Assembly: GCA_013239625.1 (NCBI GenBank) | Contig: MU053487.1 | Location: forward strand, 2,191,058 to 2,255,057 | DNA: 64,000 nt | Direction: 5' to 3' | Source of the DNA: Lama guanicoe | Taxonomy: Eukaryota | Shown here: positions 11,798 to 25,840 of the stretch, piece by piece | Position numbering within the stretch: position 1 is the first letter of the stretch | How the letters are laid out: every line of letters starts with the position of its first letter | The notes under the pieces: model-generated | Databases searched by the model: none | The model's input: only the letters and a program-made list of their open reading frames with translations | What the model was told of the DNA's origin: nothing | Made by a program: the position numbers and the translations under genes

Positions 11798-14639
11798 TAG
11801 TGGAGACAGAAGTGGTTCAATTTCCATTTCTGTCCAGGTCAGGAAAGGACAACAGGAAAACGACAGAATGTGTAACTCAAGTGAGCCCTGAGGGTGGGCT
11901 GCAAACTATTAAAATTACCCCCACAGGATCCCTAGGTCTTATCCTACATGCATGAATCTGCCGATTATGCTTCCTTTAAAAAGAAGTTAAAAATAATTAT
12001 TTTTTAAGTGCATTTGAATTGTGGCAGAAACTCCGGTGGCGCCAGGATGGGCAATTTGGCCCAGCGTATTTACACAAAATGTTTTTTTGTGTTTTTAATT
12101 ATAACATACAATCTGTTCCAGGATGAAGTTCCATCTAGACACAGGTGTCTGATTAGATGACAAGTAGTGACTGGGACAGCTCTTCCCACATGCCATAAAT
12201 TTATGAGCTTAACAACCACACTTACAGTTAAACTATTTATGGACGTCTGCTATTCTCTCTGATCTGCCTCCATTTTTGGCTGAGACATTGATGCTAATAG
12301 AGAAGGAGAGAGGTCCCCAGCAGAAATACTAGTTTGTGTTTCCCTAAGGAACAGGAAAGGTGCCAAGGAAGGAGACCTTCAAACGCATGTGTACAAAGGG
12401 GCTAAGGGTTCTCGCTTGTTTTCCTTACGGTGCTTCTCACACAGTGGGACCTTCGATACATATTCTCCAGGCTAAATAAAGGGAAAAGACTTCTCTACTC
12501 CAAGGAAGTTTCGGGGGAGAACTAGGAGGACAAAGGGGTATTCTGTGACATTAGGGATGCAGGAGAATTTCGTGTGGAAGGGGATTCCGAGGAGGTCCGC
12601 TATGGGATGTCAGGAGACACAACAGTACTCCAGGAACAGGACAGACACTGTGGGTCACATGTTGAGTGGTGACACAGGATGACAGAGAGGCAAGTCATGA
12701 TGAGACCTCAAGGTCCCAAACAGTGAAATTGTGGAGTTTGGGCGTAGTGACAGATGACTTGGCTTGCAGTCCCCAGAGCTGGGGTGGGGAGAGGGTGCAC
12801 ACTCTGTGCCCAGCTGGTTGCAGCAGACCCTAGCTCAGAATCTGTCCCGTCTCCAGGGGTTAGGAGAGCACTCCGGGCATGCTCCAGCCCTGAATCCAGG
12901 AGAGGCTCCACAGGAGTGGCCCCATCCCAGGGCGCGGACACAAAGGATATGAAGACAGTGCAGCTCAGCCTCCGTCCTACCACCATCAGGCATGTGCAGC
13001 CCACGGCCCAGGTATTCTCAAATTCACCTAAAGCCTCTGCAATCTGGGGCCAGAGTAAGAACTCAGTCCCCCTCCTCCCCGCCTCCCCAGCATAACTGGG
13101 AGCTACAGAAATGGCACGTCTGGTTCTGTCTGCATCATGCTACTGGGGAGTACTAGGAAAACACAGCCTCAAGATGCAATTATTTTTAACCTCTCTTCCA
13201 CAAGCCTTCCTTCCTCCTTTAAAATTCTTGGTCCAGAGCAGATTTTCCTTCTTTAAAGAAGAGAAGAAAAATCAGGAGCCTCTAAATATCTGGTCCATTG
13301 GCAGGGAGAGCAAACGTTAGGGAGAGGAAGAGCCTGGCACATCCCTGGGCTCTGTCTCCAGGAACAGTCCCATCTCCCAAGGAAAACAACGCCCCAAGTA
13401 CTTTCAGGCTGACTGTAAGTGGCATGATCCCAGGAGCCACCCCAGATAACCCAACCAGAAAGCCAAAGGCCAGGCTACGTCTGCCTGTCTCCAACAACAA
13501 CTTACAAAATCGATTACGCGGAACCATATGAAATCGCCAGTAGTTCTTCCAATTACCAAAAAATGGAAACTTCACATGGCTCAGCCTAACGTGATCCAGG
13601 ACAATAACCCCTGCTCTGTCCCCATAGCAACAATAAATAGTTAACGAAGGTACAGACTGTAAAAATTAAGCATCCTAATTCCAGTCCTCAGCCACCCAGC
13701 CAGCACCACCCGGGAGGTGATGCCGGGAAAGGATGCTCTCGTAACTTCGGTTTTTCTGTTCACTTCCTACAGCAACACAAACTGACCTCCACTTGGCAAT
13801 ACTGCTGTTTCGGCCTGAAGCACCCCAAATACAAATGTGGATGGGGTTTCTCCCCAGCACCCATCCAGCCCATGCACGCATGTTCTGCTACAAGCCCTGC
13901 TCTCCCTGAGCCACCCCTCTGCTCACGGACTTACGGTGCTCCTTATTACCATCCTTGTGGGTTAAACCCAAAGTCCTCAGCTTGGCATGTAAGGCGCTCC
14001 CTCATCCAGGAGTGCCCCCTCGTCCTCACCCACTCACCCCCAACCCCACTCTCCCCTCACTCCTCCCACCCATCCAAGCCTCACCATCACGCAAGACGGA
14101 AGACCGGTATCCACCGCCAAACCTCCCCGACCCTCCCCGTCACAGTCAGAGCTCCCTCCCCTGAAGCCCCGGTCACTCATTAAACCAGCCTTTGGCATGA
14201 ATGCCTGAGACCCTTCGTTCTACACACCTCAGCTGATTGGTACTCCATCTTCACAGGTGTAAATATTCTCCCTCTCAACTTCGCTTAGGCTCTCCAAAGG
14301 CAGAGTGTGTGGATTACGCCAACTCCCCTACTCTGCCTACCACGTAGAGTAAGCACTCGAGATTTGGGAAACCCGTTCCCAACCCTAACATCAAACGTGT
14401 ATATCAAGCCTCAGTCCAGTTTTCCTTGTAAATGATTGAGTGTTACTACTTTCCACACCGGGACACACCCTGTAACAGACCTGAACTAGATGAAACAAGT
14501 GACGTGAAAGAAAACACGATCACAGACATTGACTCCAAAGAAATGTGCCAGTGCAGCATTTATGAAGAACAGCTGACACAGGTACCTGCCTCCAGAGTTT
14601 TGTGAAAGCATCATTTTAGAGCTGTGCAAAGAACGTGAC

Positions 14640-14765
14640 CATGGAGTCAGAAACCCTCATTCAAATTTGGGTTCATTAAAACTTGGTTCTACCAGGCTCT
14701 GAATAGCTGTGTGACCTTGGGATGCTGTGTAACCTCTCTGAATCTCAGTTTCCACATTGGCCAAA
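14640..14765 (+). mobile_element. MIR SINE
   Basis: agctgtgtgaccttggg...aacctctctgaatctcagtttcc. Confidence 0.7.
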
Positions 14766-15553
14766 CCTGGTCTCTCACTCCTGCTGAGGGCACCCAGCAC
14801 ACTGCTTAGCACAGAGCAGGGCACTCAAACTGTGTTTGTGTTTGTTTTCTTCCCTCTCTAACAGAACGGGTCCTGTAACCTTGAATGTCCCCCAAATCCA
14901 AGTACACGTCAAGGGCAAAGAGGTCACAATGCTAAATATGACACAGCGGGCTGAATTTGTCATTCATGTAGCGATTGAAATAGGAAACCAGTAGGGACAG
15001 GATATTAAGAGAAAGACTCAGGCAAATCTCAGCAAATGGCTCTTGCGGGGAGATAAACTTCCTGCTCACTGATCCCAGGATTCTCTGACTGCTGTGAGCC
15101 AATAAACACATTATCTGCACCAGGCATTTTGCTGCTATTACCTCTAAATGGCTTTGGCTCCCAGCAACTGTGCCTTCTATCTGCCACCACAATTCAGATG
15201 GATTAACATAACCCAATTCCACAATGGTCCCCGCTCCACCTTATTACACTGAAAGGGCTGCCAGAAGGGCTAACCCACCTTCCTTCCTAATCATTTATTA
15301 TCACTCTGTTCAGGCAGTGAATCATCAAGGTTAAGATCAAGAAAAACACAATTAAAAACATACTGCTAACATTAATCTTTTACTCATCTTCTGTAAGCAG
15401 AACAAAGGGAGTGTACCTTTTCCTAGTCATTTCTAAACCATAATCCATCTGTCTAATTACAGCACAAGGAAAGACTATGTCTAAGTCAGCATTAACCTTG
15501 GAATTCTCACCTTGGCCCCTAGAATAACACACTAGAAAAAGAAATGGGAGAAT

Positions 15554-15828
15554 TAAACTTACGGTTACCAGTAGGGAAGGCGGTGGGAAGGAATAAATTG
15601 GAAGTTCGAGATTTGTAGATACTAACTAGTATACACAACATAGATAAACAACAAGTTAATACTGTATAGCACAGGGAACTATATTCAGTATCTTGTAGCG
15701 ACTTAGGGTGAAAAAGAATATGAAAATGAATATATGTCTGTTCACATATGACTGAAGCATTGTGCTGTACACCAGAAATTGACACAGTATTGTAAACTGA
15801 TTCTACTTCAATAAAAATATATATATAC
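15554..15828 (+). mobile_element. Short 5'-truncated L1 (3'UTR only)
   Basis: L1 3'UTR motifs. Perfect 15-bp TSD aagaaatgggagaat at 15539-15553 and 15829-15843. Confidence 0.92.
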
Positions 15829-17236
15829 AAGAAATGGGAGAATCACACCCGAATTGCTAGAGGACATAAGTCATACATAATCACTCTTTAAGCATTTACA
15901 GATTATGAGTTTAATGAAACGGGAGATTGGTGTTTTCAAACATCTGGAAATAGGCAATGAAACAACACGAAAACCCCTGGAAAATAAGTCAATGCTTCTA
16001 GTGGCATGTAATTCCCCTTCCTCGCAGGGACACTTCACTTGAAATACTTTTCCTTTTATCAGCCTCCTATTTCTGGGTGTTGTCACCAGACTGATCACTT
16101 GTGGCCTCAGTAGGCAGTGCTAAGAGAATTCACTTCCATTCTTGTGTGGCAGATAGAACAGGACTGGCTGAAATCATTTTCCTTTTCACTGAGTAATCAT
16201 TTGTCCTGGGCCTTTTCCAAGGGCTGTTTGAGAACAAACTCATTTTACTCAGATGCAAATACGAGGCAGGAGAAACATTTGCGAACTTACATTTGATTAT
16301 GCAAACATCCCAAGGAGGGTTTCCTAAACGAATAAAAAATTGGAATGCAGCCTTTCACTAAGCTTTAAAACTGATAGTTATGTAGTTAGGAAGACTGATC
16401 AACATCTATACTGATCAAAACTGGGGCAATTAATAAAGGTAAGGTAATAAAGTGAAATATCGAGCTATTTATTGCCTGCCATTGCTAATGACATTTCAGT
16501 CTGTAATTAACACCATCACTACCTCATCTTCTTGATTATCAGCAGGACAACAACTGAGATATCAGAAGCGGTAATTAAAAAGATTTCTTCCTGCTGTCAT
16601 CTCAGAAGCGCCCCTGCTCTGGCTTGTCTTTTATCTGCTGACCAACTCATGCCAATTTCCCAAGTGCCTCCCAGCATATTGGCACAAGAGCCCCATACAG
16701 TCTCAGTAAGGGATGTTTGCCAGTCCTTGTTACAACACATGCCTGACAGACTTTTCCTAAGCTACTCGCTGATTTATTTGATTTGATTGATGAAATTTAC
16801 TGTCCCAGCTGCCTTGAAATTGTGATGCATTTATGTATGGCCTCTTTTGTTTACAAGGATATTCTAAAGTGAACAAGCTTGCATGTCTTTCCTCATTTTT
16901 AAAGCTCATCTCTGACCCCCTCAATAATTCTCATCCTCCCTGCCTCAGTTTCCTGCTCACCCTGATCTGGGCCCGCATACATGACCCATCTCATCATCAC
17001 ATCACAGCTCCCACTTCCTCCTCCACTGGTTTTATTTTGTCTGAAGAACTTTCATGCTCCATGCAAGCCGGAAGGTATTCTTCTTTCTCCCCAGACATCC
17101 CAGGTCACCCCAGGACAGAGGACCAATGACCGAAATATGAACTTTTCCTGTTGTCTCTGACTTTGAGCATCCCGCTCAAATGGCAAAACCAGAGGCCCCA
17201 ATATCCAATGTTCTGATGTTCTTATGTTCTACAGGG

Positions 17237-17406
17237 CAGGGCTTCTCAGATGCTAATCTGCACACAAACCACCTGGGACTGTGTTAAAGTGCCAGTCCGA
17301 ATTCAGTCAGTCCAGGTCTAGGGTGGAGCCAAGACTCTGCAGCTCTAATAGGGTCCCAGGTAATGCCAATGCTGCTGGCCCATGGACCACATTTTGAGAA
17401 GCAAAG
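17237..17406 (+). mobile_element. MER5A1-like hAT-Charlie MITE
   Basis: cagggcttctcag...ccacctggg...cccaggtaatgccaatgctgctggcccatggaccacattttgag. Confidence 0.75.
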
Positions 17407-17694
17407 TTAAAGAGAGAAATTCCCGAGTGTCCTTCTGGGAGTACTGGTCAACCATATGCAATTTAAAAGTGACCCATACACTGCTTCCTTAAAGCAGTGT
17501 TATAACAAATTTTAAAAGTATCTTTATTCCTATAATGAGAATAAGTGATATGTGCTAGGTAATCAAAACATGACATGAACAGTGCAATGAAACACCAAGT
17601 CCAGTCATGATTTCCTTGCCAAAGGGTTTTGTTTAAGTACAGCCAACAGAAATGGGGGTGAGGGGTGTGATCTAGAATTTGACCACCCGAAGTG

Positions 17695-17830
17695 AACCAG
17701 TAGCATCAGTATCCACTGGGAGCTTGTTAGAGATGCAGAATTTCAGACCCTGCTCCAGATCTGCAGAGTCAGATTCTACACTGTAACAAGATCCCCAGAT
17801 GATCTGATGCCCATTCAAGTTTGAGAAGTT
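17695..17830 (-). mobile_element. MER5A1-like hAT-Charlie MITE, opposite orientation
   Basis: accagtagcatcagtatc...gggagcttgttagagatgcagaatttcagacc...caagtttgagaag. Confidence 0.75.
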
Positions 17831-20800
17831 TTAGACTGTCTCTTACTTCATCAAACTGGTTAGTAGAACCAAAATATGCAGACCACGGCGAGAGAGAACA
17901 GAAGGTCCCTGAACTAGTACATATATATTTGATTAACCCTGTAAGCGTGACAGCGTGACCCAACCAAATCCAAACTGGGATCCAGGGTTGGCCAGTGGCT
18001 GGTGCTGGGGTTATTTCTCCAGTGCTGGGACCTATTTGCACCTGTTGCCAGATAGGCAGGAAGGGAGTGGGCCAAGGAAGGGAAAGGAGGTGTTTTGCAT
18101 CCAGGCATCATGGGCATCTGGGAGGAGATCAGGCAGAGGGGCAAAGACAAATGAGGGGACAGCCTGGCACCTGTGCCCTGCCCTCCAATCCCTGGAGCAC
18201 AGGGTTAGGGATGGACGCTGAAGGAGCTGTGTATCAAGGACTGTGTGAGGCCCTGGGACCCAGGTGACAAGGGACAACAGAATAAGCAGAGAAGCAGCCA
18301 CCTGCCTTCCCCAGCACAGCAGAAGGGGGCGATGTGGGACCCTGGGGACATATTGGCAGCCGGAAGACAGCAAGGGAGGGGGATATGAGGAGTGACATCA
18401 CCACTAGAGGAAGAACAAGAGCCCGGATGTACCTGAGCACAGGTGACATCCTCCCCTGGGGACTCCAAGGATGCTGGCTGAGGTCCTGTGAGAGCAGGCA
18501 GGGCTGCTGGGACTCCACACTGGGCATTAATATTAACACAGCCTGGTTGGCTCTCAGGGCTGGTGAGGCCTCAGACATTCCAGTGACCACAGTAATAACC
18601 TCCTCTCAACCAATGTTCCTCCAGATGAACCCTTCTCCCCTCTCCCAGTGGCTCCTTCGCAGGAAGCCTGGATGCTCCTTTATTTGCCTAAGGCTCCGTG
18701 TGTCACTGTTTGCAAAGCCTCCCTTCATGCCACCCTGTCCCTCACGGTGTCCTTCTTTGTGACATGTGATACCGCTTTGCTTTGACTGAGGCTTCCCCTG
18801 GGGAGGGCTTATCTTTCAGTCTCACCCCCGGGTTTAACGTTTCCTCCCAGCACTCCCCAACTCACCCGTGATCTCATCCCTGGGGTATCACCTCTCACTC
18901 AGTAAAATTCCAAGACGGCACAGCTCCCAGGCCGGGCTGTTGTTTCCCATGACCTGAATTTTTAATCCGAATAGCCTGCTGCAGCTCACAAATTCACAAA
19001 AACCTTGGTTTGGGCTGAGTTTTGCTTTTCTCAGTACTGTTCAGGGAGACTCTGTAGGTGGGTTTATTTGGAAGGGGAGCAAGAAAGTACACCCCACCTT
19101 GGGACCAGTCTCCAGCTGACTTGATGCCTATAAGATGTCACATTTTCCTTTTTCTGTCTGGTTATCACACCCCAAGGCCCTCACCGGCCCCCTGGTCTCC
19201 ACCAGCCTGTGTCATAATTCAAACCTGGGCTGGACAGAGCTTCACCATGCTCCAGTTCCCTACAGGTGAGGCTGCAGAAATCATTTGAAAAGCAAATTCC
19301 TCCATCTTCTTTTTTCTAGAGAGACTGAGCACATCTATCTCATTTTTCTATGTCTCCGTGCTCTGGTTGGATGGACCACAGATTGATGTAAAGACACTTG
19401 GAATGTTTGACCCATCCATCAGTGCCTCCCCGCAGACTCTCACCTCTCATTGTCAGATGCTTATCTGTGGTGCAGGCACGTAACTCTGCTGTCCATCATC
19501 GTAAGGACAGAGGAGGTAAAGAGCCTGTGGGTTCTTTAGAAAGCAGCGTTTAAATGATTTTGACTTCTTGATAAGACAACCTCCATGTACAATGTATAGT
19601 TAAACAGCAAGTGAGTAAAACAATTTAAGAGGAAATGTTCCCCCCAAATATATAGTTTTCATTCATATTCAGGAGAAATGACACATTTGAAGAACACCGG
19701 GGCTGCTTATGGAAAATAATAGCAAAGGAACATCACGAATAATTTTGTGCCAATAAATAAGACAACTTAATGAAATGGATGGGTTCTACAGAAGATACAT
19801 ATTGCCACAGTTTACGCAAGAAGAAGTAAATAACCTGAGTAGTTCCACTGTGCTATTTATGTGAGGTTTAGATATACCAGACTGAGGACGAACTTTACAT
19901 AAATATTCAAGACATGGTTATTACATGATCGATTGAATTTACTGGCTAAAAAATTCTCAGAAATTGCTTATGTTGAAATATGTATCCTTTGTAAACAAAA
20001 GCAATGCCATGAATACAAACATGTTAGACAGAAAAGCTGTGTGGCTGAAAATCTTTGCACATTAGAACTGAAAGGGCCAGTAGCCCAACATGCTCAATTT
20101 TTAGACATAACTGTACACCAGAGAGGGTAAACAAGTAGCCCAAGGCCACACAGCTATTTTGTAAGAACTGAAGTAATTCTTCCACAGACCCTGAATCCTT
20201 TTGAACAATGGCTCAGACATGTTTTGGGGATATCATTTGTAATCATGGAGTAAAAGCAAAGCTCACAGAATCATCCAGAGGAAATGGAGGAGGACTCAGA
20301 CTCATCAACGGGTGTCAATACCTAAGCAAAGTGGCCTCAGTTTAGCTCTGCCCTAGTTGTTAAGCCAGCCAGCATCCCAACAGGGCAAAAGGGAGTCACC
20401 CAGTGTTCCTGCAGCTGGCAGTAAACAACTGAGCTTATCCCTGATATTCCCGTAGACAGGATGATCTAAAAAAAAAAAAACCTCACTGAAGTGAATTAAG
20501 ATTCCAAACAAAGAGTGATTGATGTTGAGGTAAAGCAGATTAAAGTATAAACTTTTCTTCCTTTAGGGAATTAAAACGAGGTTTGCTTTTCCTCTCATTT
20601 CAAGGTAGGGAAGTCACAGTGCCAAGACCCTGACTGCATTCAACAGGTACCATAAAGCTCCAGCAGTGGCCCCAATACCCACCAGGAGCGCCAGAGCCAA
20701 GAGGGGCCTCACCTACACCTCTGATGGCAGAGGATCCAGCGGTCCTTACTGCTAGGGGTGCCTACACGGCCATCACCAGTCCCGCCTCCCAGGATGGTGG

Positions 20801-20930
20801 TAAAGACAGTAACAAGATGACAGGCATAAGGGTGCCTGCATATGGCAAGGACTCAGTACCTTGTGGTTAAATCAGATTGACAACAGCAGCACCAAGGCAA
20901 GCCAGCTCCTCTATTAAGGAGCCAGCCTCA

Positions 20931-21358
20931 TTTACAGGAAACAGATATAACTGGAGATTGTCATACTAAGTGAAGTAAGCCAGAAAGAGAAACACAAATA
21001 TCATAGGATATCACTCATATATGGAATCTAAAAAATAAGACACAAATGAACTTATTTACAAAACAGAAACAGACTCATAGACATAAAAAACAAACTTGTG
21101 GTTACCAGGCGAGAAAGGTGGGGTGGAGGTATAAATTGGGAGTTCATGATTTGCAGATACAAACTAGTATGTATAGAACAGATAAACAACAAGGTCCTAC
21201 TGTAGAGCACAGGGAACTATATTCAATACCTTGTAATAGCCTATGATGAAAAAGAATACGAAAAGGAATAATATATGTATATACACTGAATCACTATGCT
21301 GTACACCAAAAATTGACGCAATATTGCAAACTGGTTATACTTCAATTAAAGAGAAAAA
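20931..21358 (+). mobile_element. 5'-truncated L1 3' end
   Basis: L1 ORF2 end and 3'UTR motifs. Degenerate TSD aaggagccagcctca (20916-20930) / aagaagccaacctca (21359-21373). Confidence 0.88.
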
Positions 21359-21984
21359 AAGAAGCCAACCTCAGTGTATAGAAACTTAGACGGTTCCCTT
21401 AAACAGCCCAAGTGCTTCATTGAGACCTTCTGAGAGCACCATTTACAAATGTTTTAAAGACTGCTGCCTTCAGAGCCTTGACAGAGGTAAACCTTGGCAG
21501 CTTCTGGCTTTTTCAGGAGCTGCGGTTAAGCTTCTTCAGGATTCTTTGCAATGCTGTCTCTTGGAATCTGCCAAAATACGTCATTTCAGGGATGGGGATG
21601 GAGTCTACTAAATAGATGGGCCTTGCTTGGCAAGATTCCAAACCCCCAGACCTAATGCCAGGCATGTGGTAGACCAGCCATAAACAGTATTGCAGGAAAG
21701 AACCCAATGAATCCACAGTCATGTTCATGAGAACAGCCTATGAGTTGAGTTCACAATCATCAGAATGTGCTGGGTGATGAAAACAATCCTGTACTCAGGG
21801 TTTTTCATCTGTTTCTGCCCCCAAATCTACCTAAAGCTACTCAGTCATCATGATGCGATAGGGCCAGCACAGTCATGGACATGCAGGGGCTCACCCAGAT
21901 CCCCTTGCCCACCAGCTCTAAGGAATGCTGGCTGTGAAAGGGCCACCACTGCTCAATTCAACTAGGAATGACCTTCTGTTGACT

Positions 21985-22245
21985 GAAGCCAGGAGGTTAC
22001 GTACCCAACTCTACCTTCACAGGGGCAGCCCCTAATCAATGATGGACTGATGGAGAGAGGGAGGGGTACAAAAGACCCCTTACCCCAAGGTGGGACAAGC
22101 TCCAGAACTCCCAGCTGGGACCACATCTTTGCTTAGCTGCATCCCCTGCTTACCTTGCTCCATTACCTCCCTTCTCCTGACCGCTCTTGCCCCAAAATCA
22201 CAGGCATGAGAATCCCTATCTCAGGTTCTGCTTCTAGGGAACATA
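21985..22245 (+). mobile_element. LTR16-like ERVL LTR fragment
   Basis: ggggcagcccctaatcaatga...ccccaaggtgggacaagctc...gaatccctatctcaggttctgcttctaggga. Confidence 0.55.
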
Positions 22246-22662
22246 GATCCACACTGCTGCCCCCAAATTATGAAAGGTCTTTAAAATTTAAAAGAACAAG
22301 CATTAAGCATTTTGCACTTTGTGGCATTTTTCCAAATTCGAAGGCATCCCTTCTCTCGTGTTTCATTAAAAAACAAAAGGAAATTAATGACCCAGAGATG
22401 CCTGGAGTGTCTTCAGACTATTTCTTTCACACATATCCTTTTGACCTTTGTTCAGGTCTGCGATGGATCTAATGTCATTTCTCCGAGAGGCCGTCAGTCA
22501 ATCCATTCTCAATATATATGAACATGCATGTGTCATTGTATGAAGACTCCACCCACTCCGTCTCCCTCACTCACCTGTCTTGCTCCTTCATAGAAACTTA
22601 CTACTATTGCTGGTACAACATCTATTTGATGCTTTAACCTCTGTCTCCCCAACTCTCTGGCT

Positions 22663-22728
22663 CTGCAGTGTCTAATACAGTAGCCACCAACTACACGTGG
22701 CTATTTTAAATTTAAATTTAAACTGATT
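22663..22728 (-). mobile_element. MER3/MER33-like hAT terminus, within an L2 remnant (~22540-22980)
   Basis: ctgcagtgtctaatacagtagccaccaactacacgtggctatttt. L2 3' end cactcaataaatat...tgaatgaaagaatgg lies downstream. Confidence 0.6.
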
Positions 22729-22890
22729 GGGGGGAGGGTATAGCTCAGTGATAAGAGTGTGTGCTTAGCATGCACAAGGTCCTGGGTTCAATCCCCAGTA
22801 CCGCTATTAAAAACTAATAATAAATAACTGAACAAATAAATAAGTAAACCTAATTACCTCCTTCCACTCAAAAAAAATAGAAATTAAAAA
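22729..22890 (+). mobile_element. tRNA-Ala-derived SINE (Vic-1-like), long form
   Basis: tRNA-like head plus taaacctaattacctcc extension. TSD aaatttaaactgatt (22714-22728) / aaatttaaattgatt (22891-22905). Confidence 0.9.
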
Positions 22891-24489
22891 AAATTTAAAT
22901 TGATTAAAAATTGCTGTACCTACCACAGCGGCATATAGTAGACACTCAATAAATATACATTTGGGTGAATGAAAGAATGGTTCTTGGTGATTACCAGAAA
23001 TTTCCTAATATCTAATTTTGTAACTTTTACACTAAAAGCTGATATTCTCAAGGGTAGGAAAAGAACTGTGAGAACTATTAAGAAAATTTCCCTAAAAAGC
23101 TATGAAAGCATATGACTATTACTGTTTGAATTCTTAGCGAATAGTAGTTAATTGTAGGTTAAAAAAACACAATGCCAGCCTTCAGATGGGGACAGCAAGC
23201 TAGCCAGAAACTGCTGAGAATTTTGACAGTTACTCAAGGCAGCATGGAAAATATGAAACTTTCCTTTTTTCCCCCTTGAGATGGGCAGATATTCAAACCC
23301 CACTCTCGCCTCCCCATAGAATCAAAATCCCTCAAGTATGTTTTTCCTTTTGCTAACATCCTCAGTAAAGAGCACTTAAAAGCCCACACGTTGTGTTTAT
23401 GGCCGTGCTAACAAGCTGGGGCAAGATAAAGAGATACCAGGCTGCCTCCTGACCCACCCCTCTCCACCACAACACAACACTCCATTTTCCTTTCTAAGAA
23501 AACCCCTTAACAAAGCTTTCTGCTCTGATAAAGAAAGCACAATTAAACATACAGAACCAGGCAGCCACTGCTGTCTTTGCTTTGTAATGTAGACAAAGCA
23601 ACCGAAAAAACAAACAAACAAATAAGTAACAAACATTCCTGAGAACATGGAAACCGCAGAGGTCTTTCAGCCGGGTCTCAGTTTTGTTTCGTTTTGTTTT
23701 GTTTTAGTTATTCCCCATTTCTGCTTAATGTGAGTGTGGAGTTGTTTTCCTTTCAGGCCACAGGACATCTTTGGAAAATACCATCTTCAGTAAATCTCTT
23801 CAGTTTTACCGTTCTTGTAGAAAATTATCAATTCCTTGAAATTCTAAATTTAATGTTAGTGGCATTAAAGAAAAAGCGCTAAAAGTTCCAGTAGCCAGTG
23901 CACAAAGAAAAAGGAGCTTCAATCTAGTGTCCTTGGGTTCCTCCTGTTCCTTTTTTCTTTTTAATCTGTCCAGTGATTTTGGTTTTCTTACCTCATTGAG
24001 ACCCTGACCAGGGCTGTGATGTCCTTTTATTTTGCTTTACATTAACTGCCAGATCTGTCTTTAGTGCCACTGTTGGCATCTTCTGATGTCATCTTTTATT
24101 ATCCAGATTCGAAATATAAACATGTTATTACTAACAAGTGTCAACTGCTGAAGGGAAGACTATGACATTCAGACTAGTGATGTTTAGGACCAGTCAGAGA
24201 CACCTACAAGCCAGTTTTAAATTCATGAGAGCTTTATGTCTCTAAGAGAAAACATACGATGAACACAAGCAGCTCATTTCATGGCATCTGGAAATCTGCA
24301 CTTGGACTGTGGGTGGGGGCCAATGACTGTTACCACATGCCCAACTCCTTTGCACACCTTTTCTCTCTATCCCACCTTCTCTCCATCCCTGAATTTATTT
24401 CAATTCTAGGATGTATCTATTTGCTTACTCTGACCCCCTTTCCTAGAAAACAGCAATAATCAGTTGGAATATATAATTTTAAAAGTAAG

Positions 24490-25040
24490 AACACATGTAA
24501 TATCAACGTGCCTAGAATTCCTAGGAATAAGGTTAGCAAGAAATGTCTAAGATCAACATAAGGAAAACTGCAAAACTGAGACAGGAAATCGAAGATCCAT
24601 TTAAACAGCTCTCCACTCCAGAACGTAAAGTCCTAGTAAGTTACACGTATCAGTTCTTCCCAATTGGAATCTGTAGGTTTGATGCAGTGTAAGCACTCAT
24701 GCAATTTTTGAAGACAGACAGGAGGGAAATGAGTAATGAAGGTTGTAAAATACATTAGAGAGCTATAATTACAACATCTTGGTACTTACACAAAAATAGC
24801 TGAATTTAAGGAAAAAGAAAATTGCAGCCCCAAAAGAGATACTACTTCACATGGGGATTTAATGTACCATAACAGATCATTACAAAGTAACTGGGAAGGG
24901 AAGAGTAATTTTTACCCAATATTGGAACTACTAGATAATGATTTGGAAATAAGATGCACTTGGATTTTTATTTGACAAGTATATACCAAAATAAATTCCA
25001 GATGAATTAAGTAAAAAGCCAGAGAAAAACATAAATAAAT
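24490..25040 (+). mobile_element. Old, degraded L1 ORF2 fragment
   Basis: ctaggaataaggttagcaagaaatgt...cttggtacttacacaaaaatag...ccaaaataaattccagatgaattaa. Confidence 0.55.
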
Positions 25041-25439
25041 TTTACTTTAATATTAATCAAGCCCCTGAAGAGAGAATAAGTTTGGAAATTAGAGGCACTA
25101 AAGGAGATCTCAGGTAAAAACAATCTCAAGAGTTCTCATGTATCAGAACAGAATGGAGAAACATAGGATGGATGGACTTAAGTACTGGCATCCGAAGGGG
25201 ACAGAACTGATGTCGTGTGTCAGATAGGTAGGCGCCTCAACCAGTGAAGGCCAAGAAGCTCAGTGGCTACTGTAATACAAGTTCTTGCGCATATGAATTT
25301 CCATGTGGACCGAGCAGCCTTCCTACATCTCAGGTCCTCCAACGTCGTTGCAGTGGTGGGGGACACAATGGCAGTGCCCTGGCTCCCACCTGCTTTCAGG
25401 AGAAAGCACTTCCACCCACAGTCCAGTGGCCCCAAGACC

Positions 25440-25840
25440 CTTTTGGGTTGGACTCTCCCCCAAAGCAGATCCTGGGGCAAGATTTGGGTTTATTGAGGAG
25501 GTGATCCTGGGACGTACTAGAGGAGACTGAAGAAATGAGGCAGTACAGCGGTGTGAGTGAGCGGGTTACTGCTGTGGGCAGCCTGGGCAGCGTTCTGCTG
25601 GGAAGCTCAGGGCAGAATGGGTAGAGTGTGCCCAGGGGTGGTCCCACCAGGGGGGAGGAACCTGTGATATGTATCCACCCATTCCCCTCCATCGTGGTTC
25701 AGGGCTGCTCGCAGGAGCATTAACTGCCCAGCACTTCTGGCTTTCCCCAAGAATAGGCCAACCATGCCCCTGCAGCCAGAGAAAGCCCCCAAACAGGGCT
25801 GCAGTGGATCGCAGGGAAAGCATCAGAACGGGGGCCGTGG
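25440..25840 (-). mobile_element. LTR16-like ERVL LTR
   Basis: aagcagatcctggggcaagatttggg...gaggtgatcc...gagcgggttactgctgtgggca...gcagccagagaaagccc. Confidence 0.6.
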
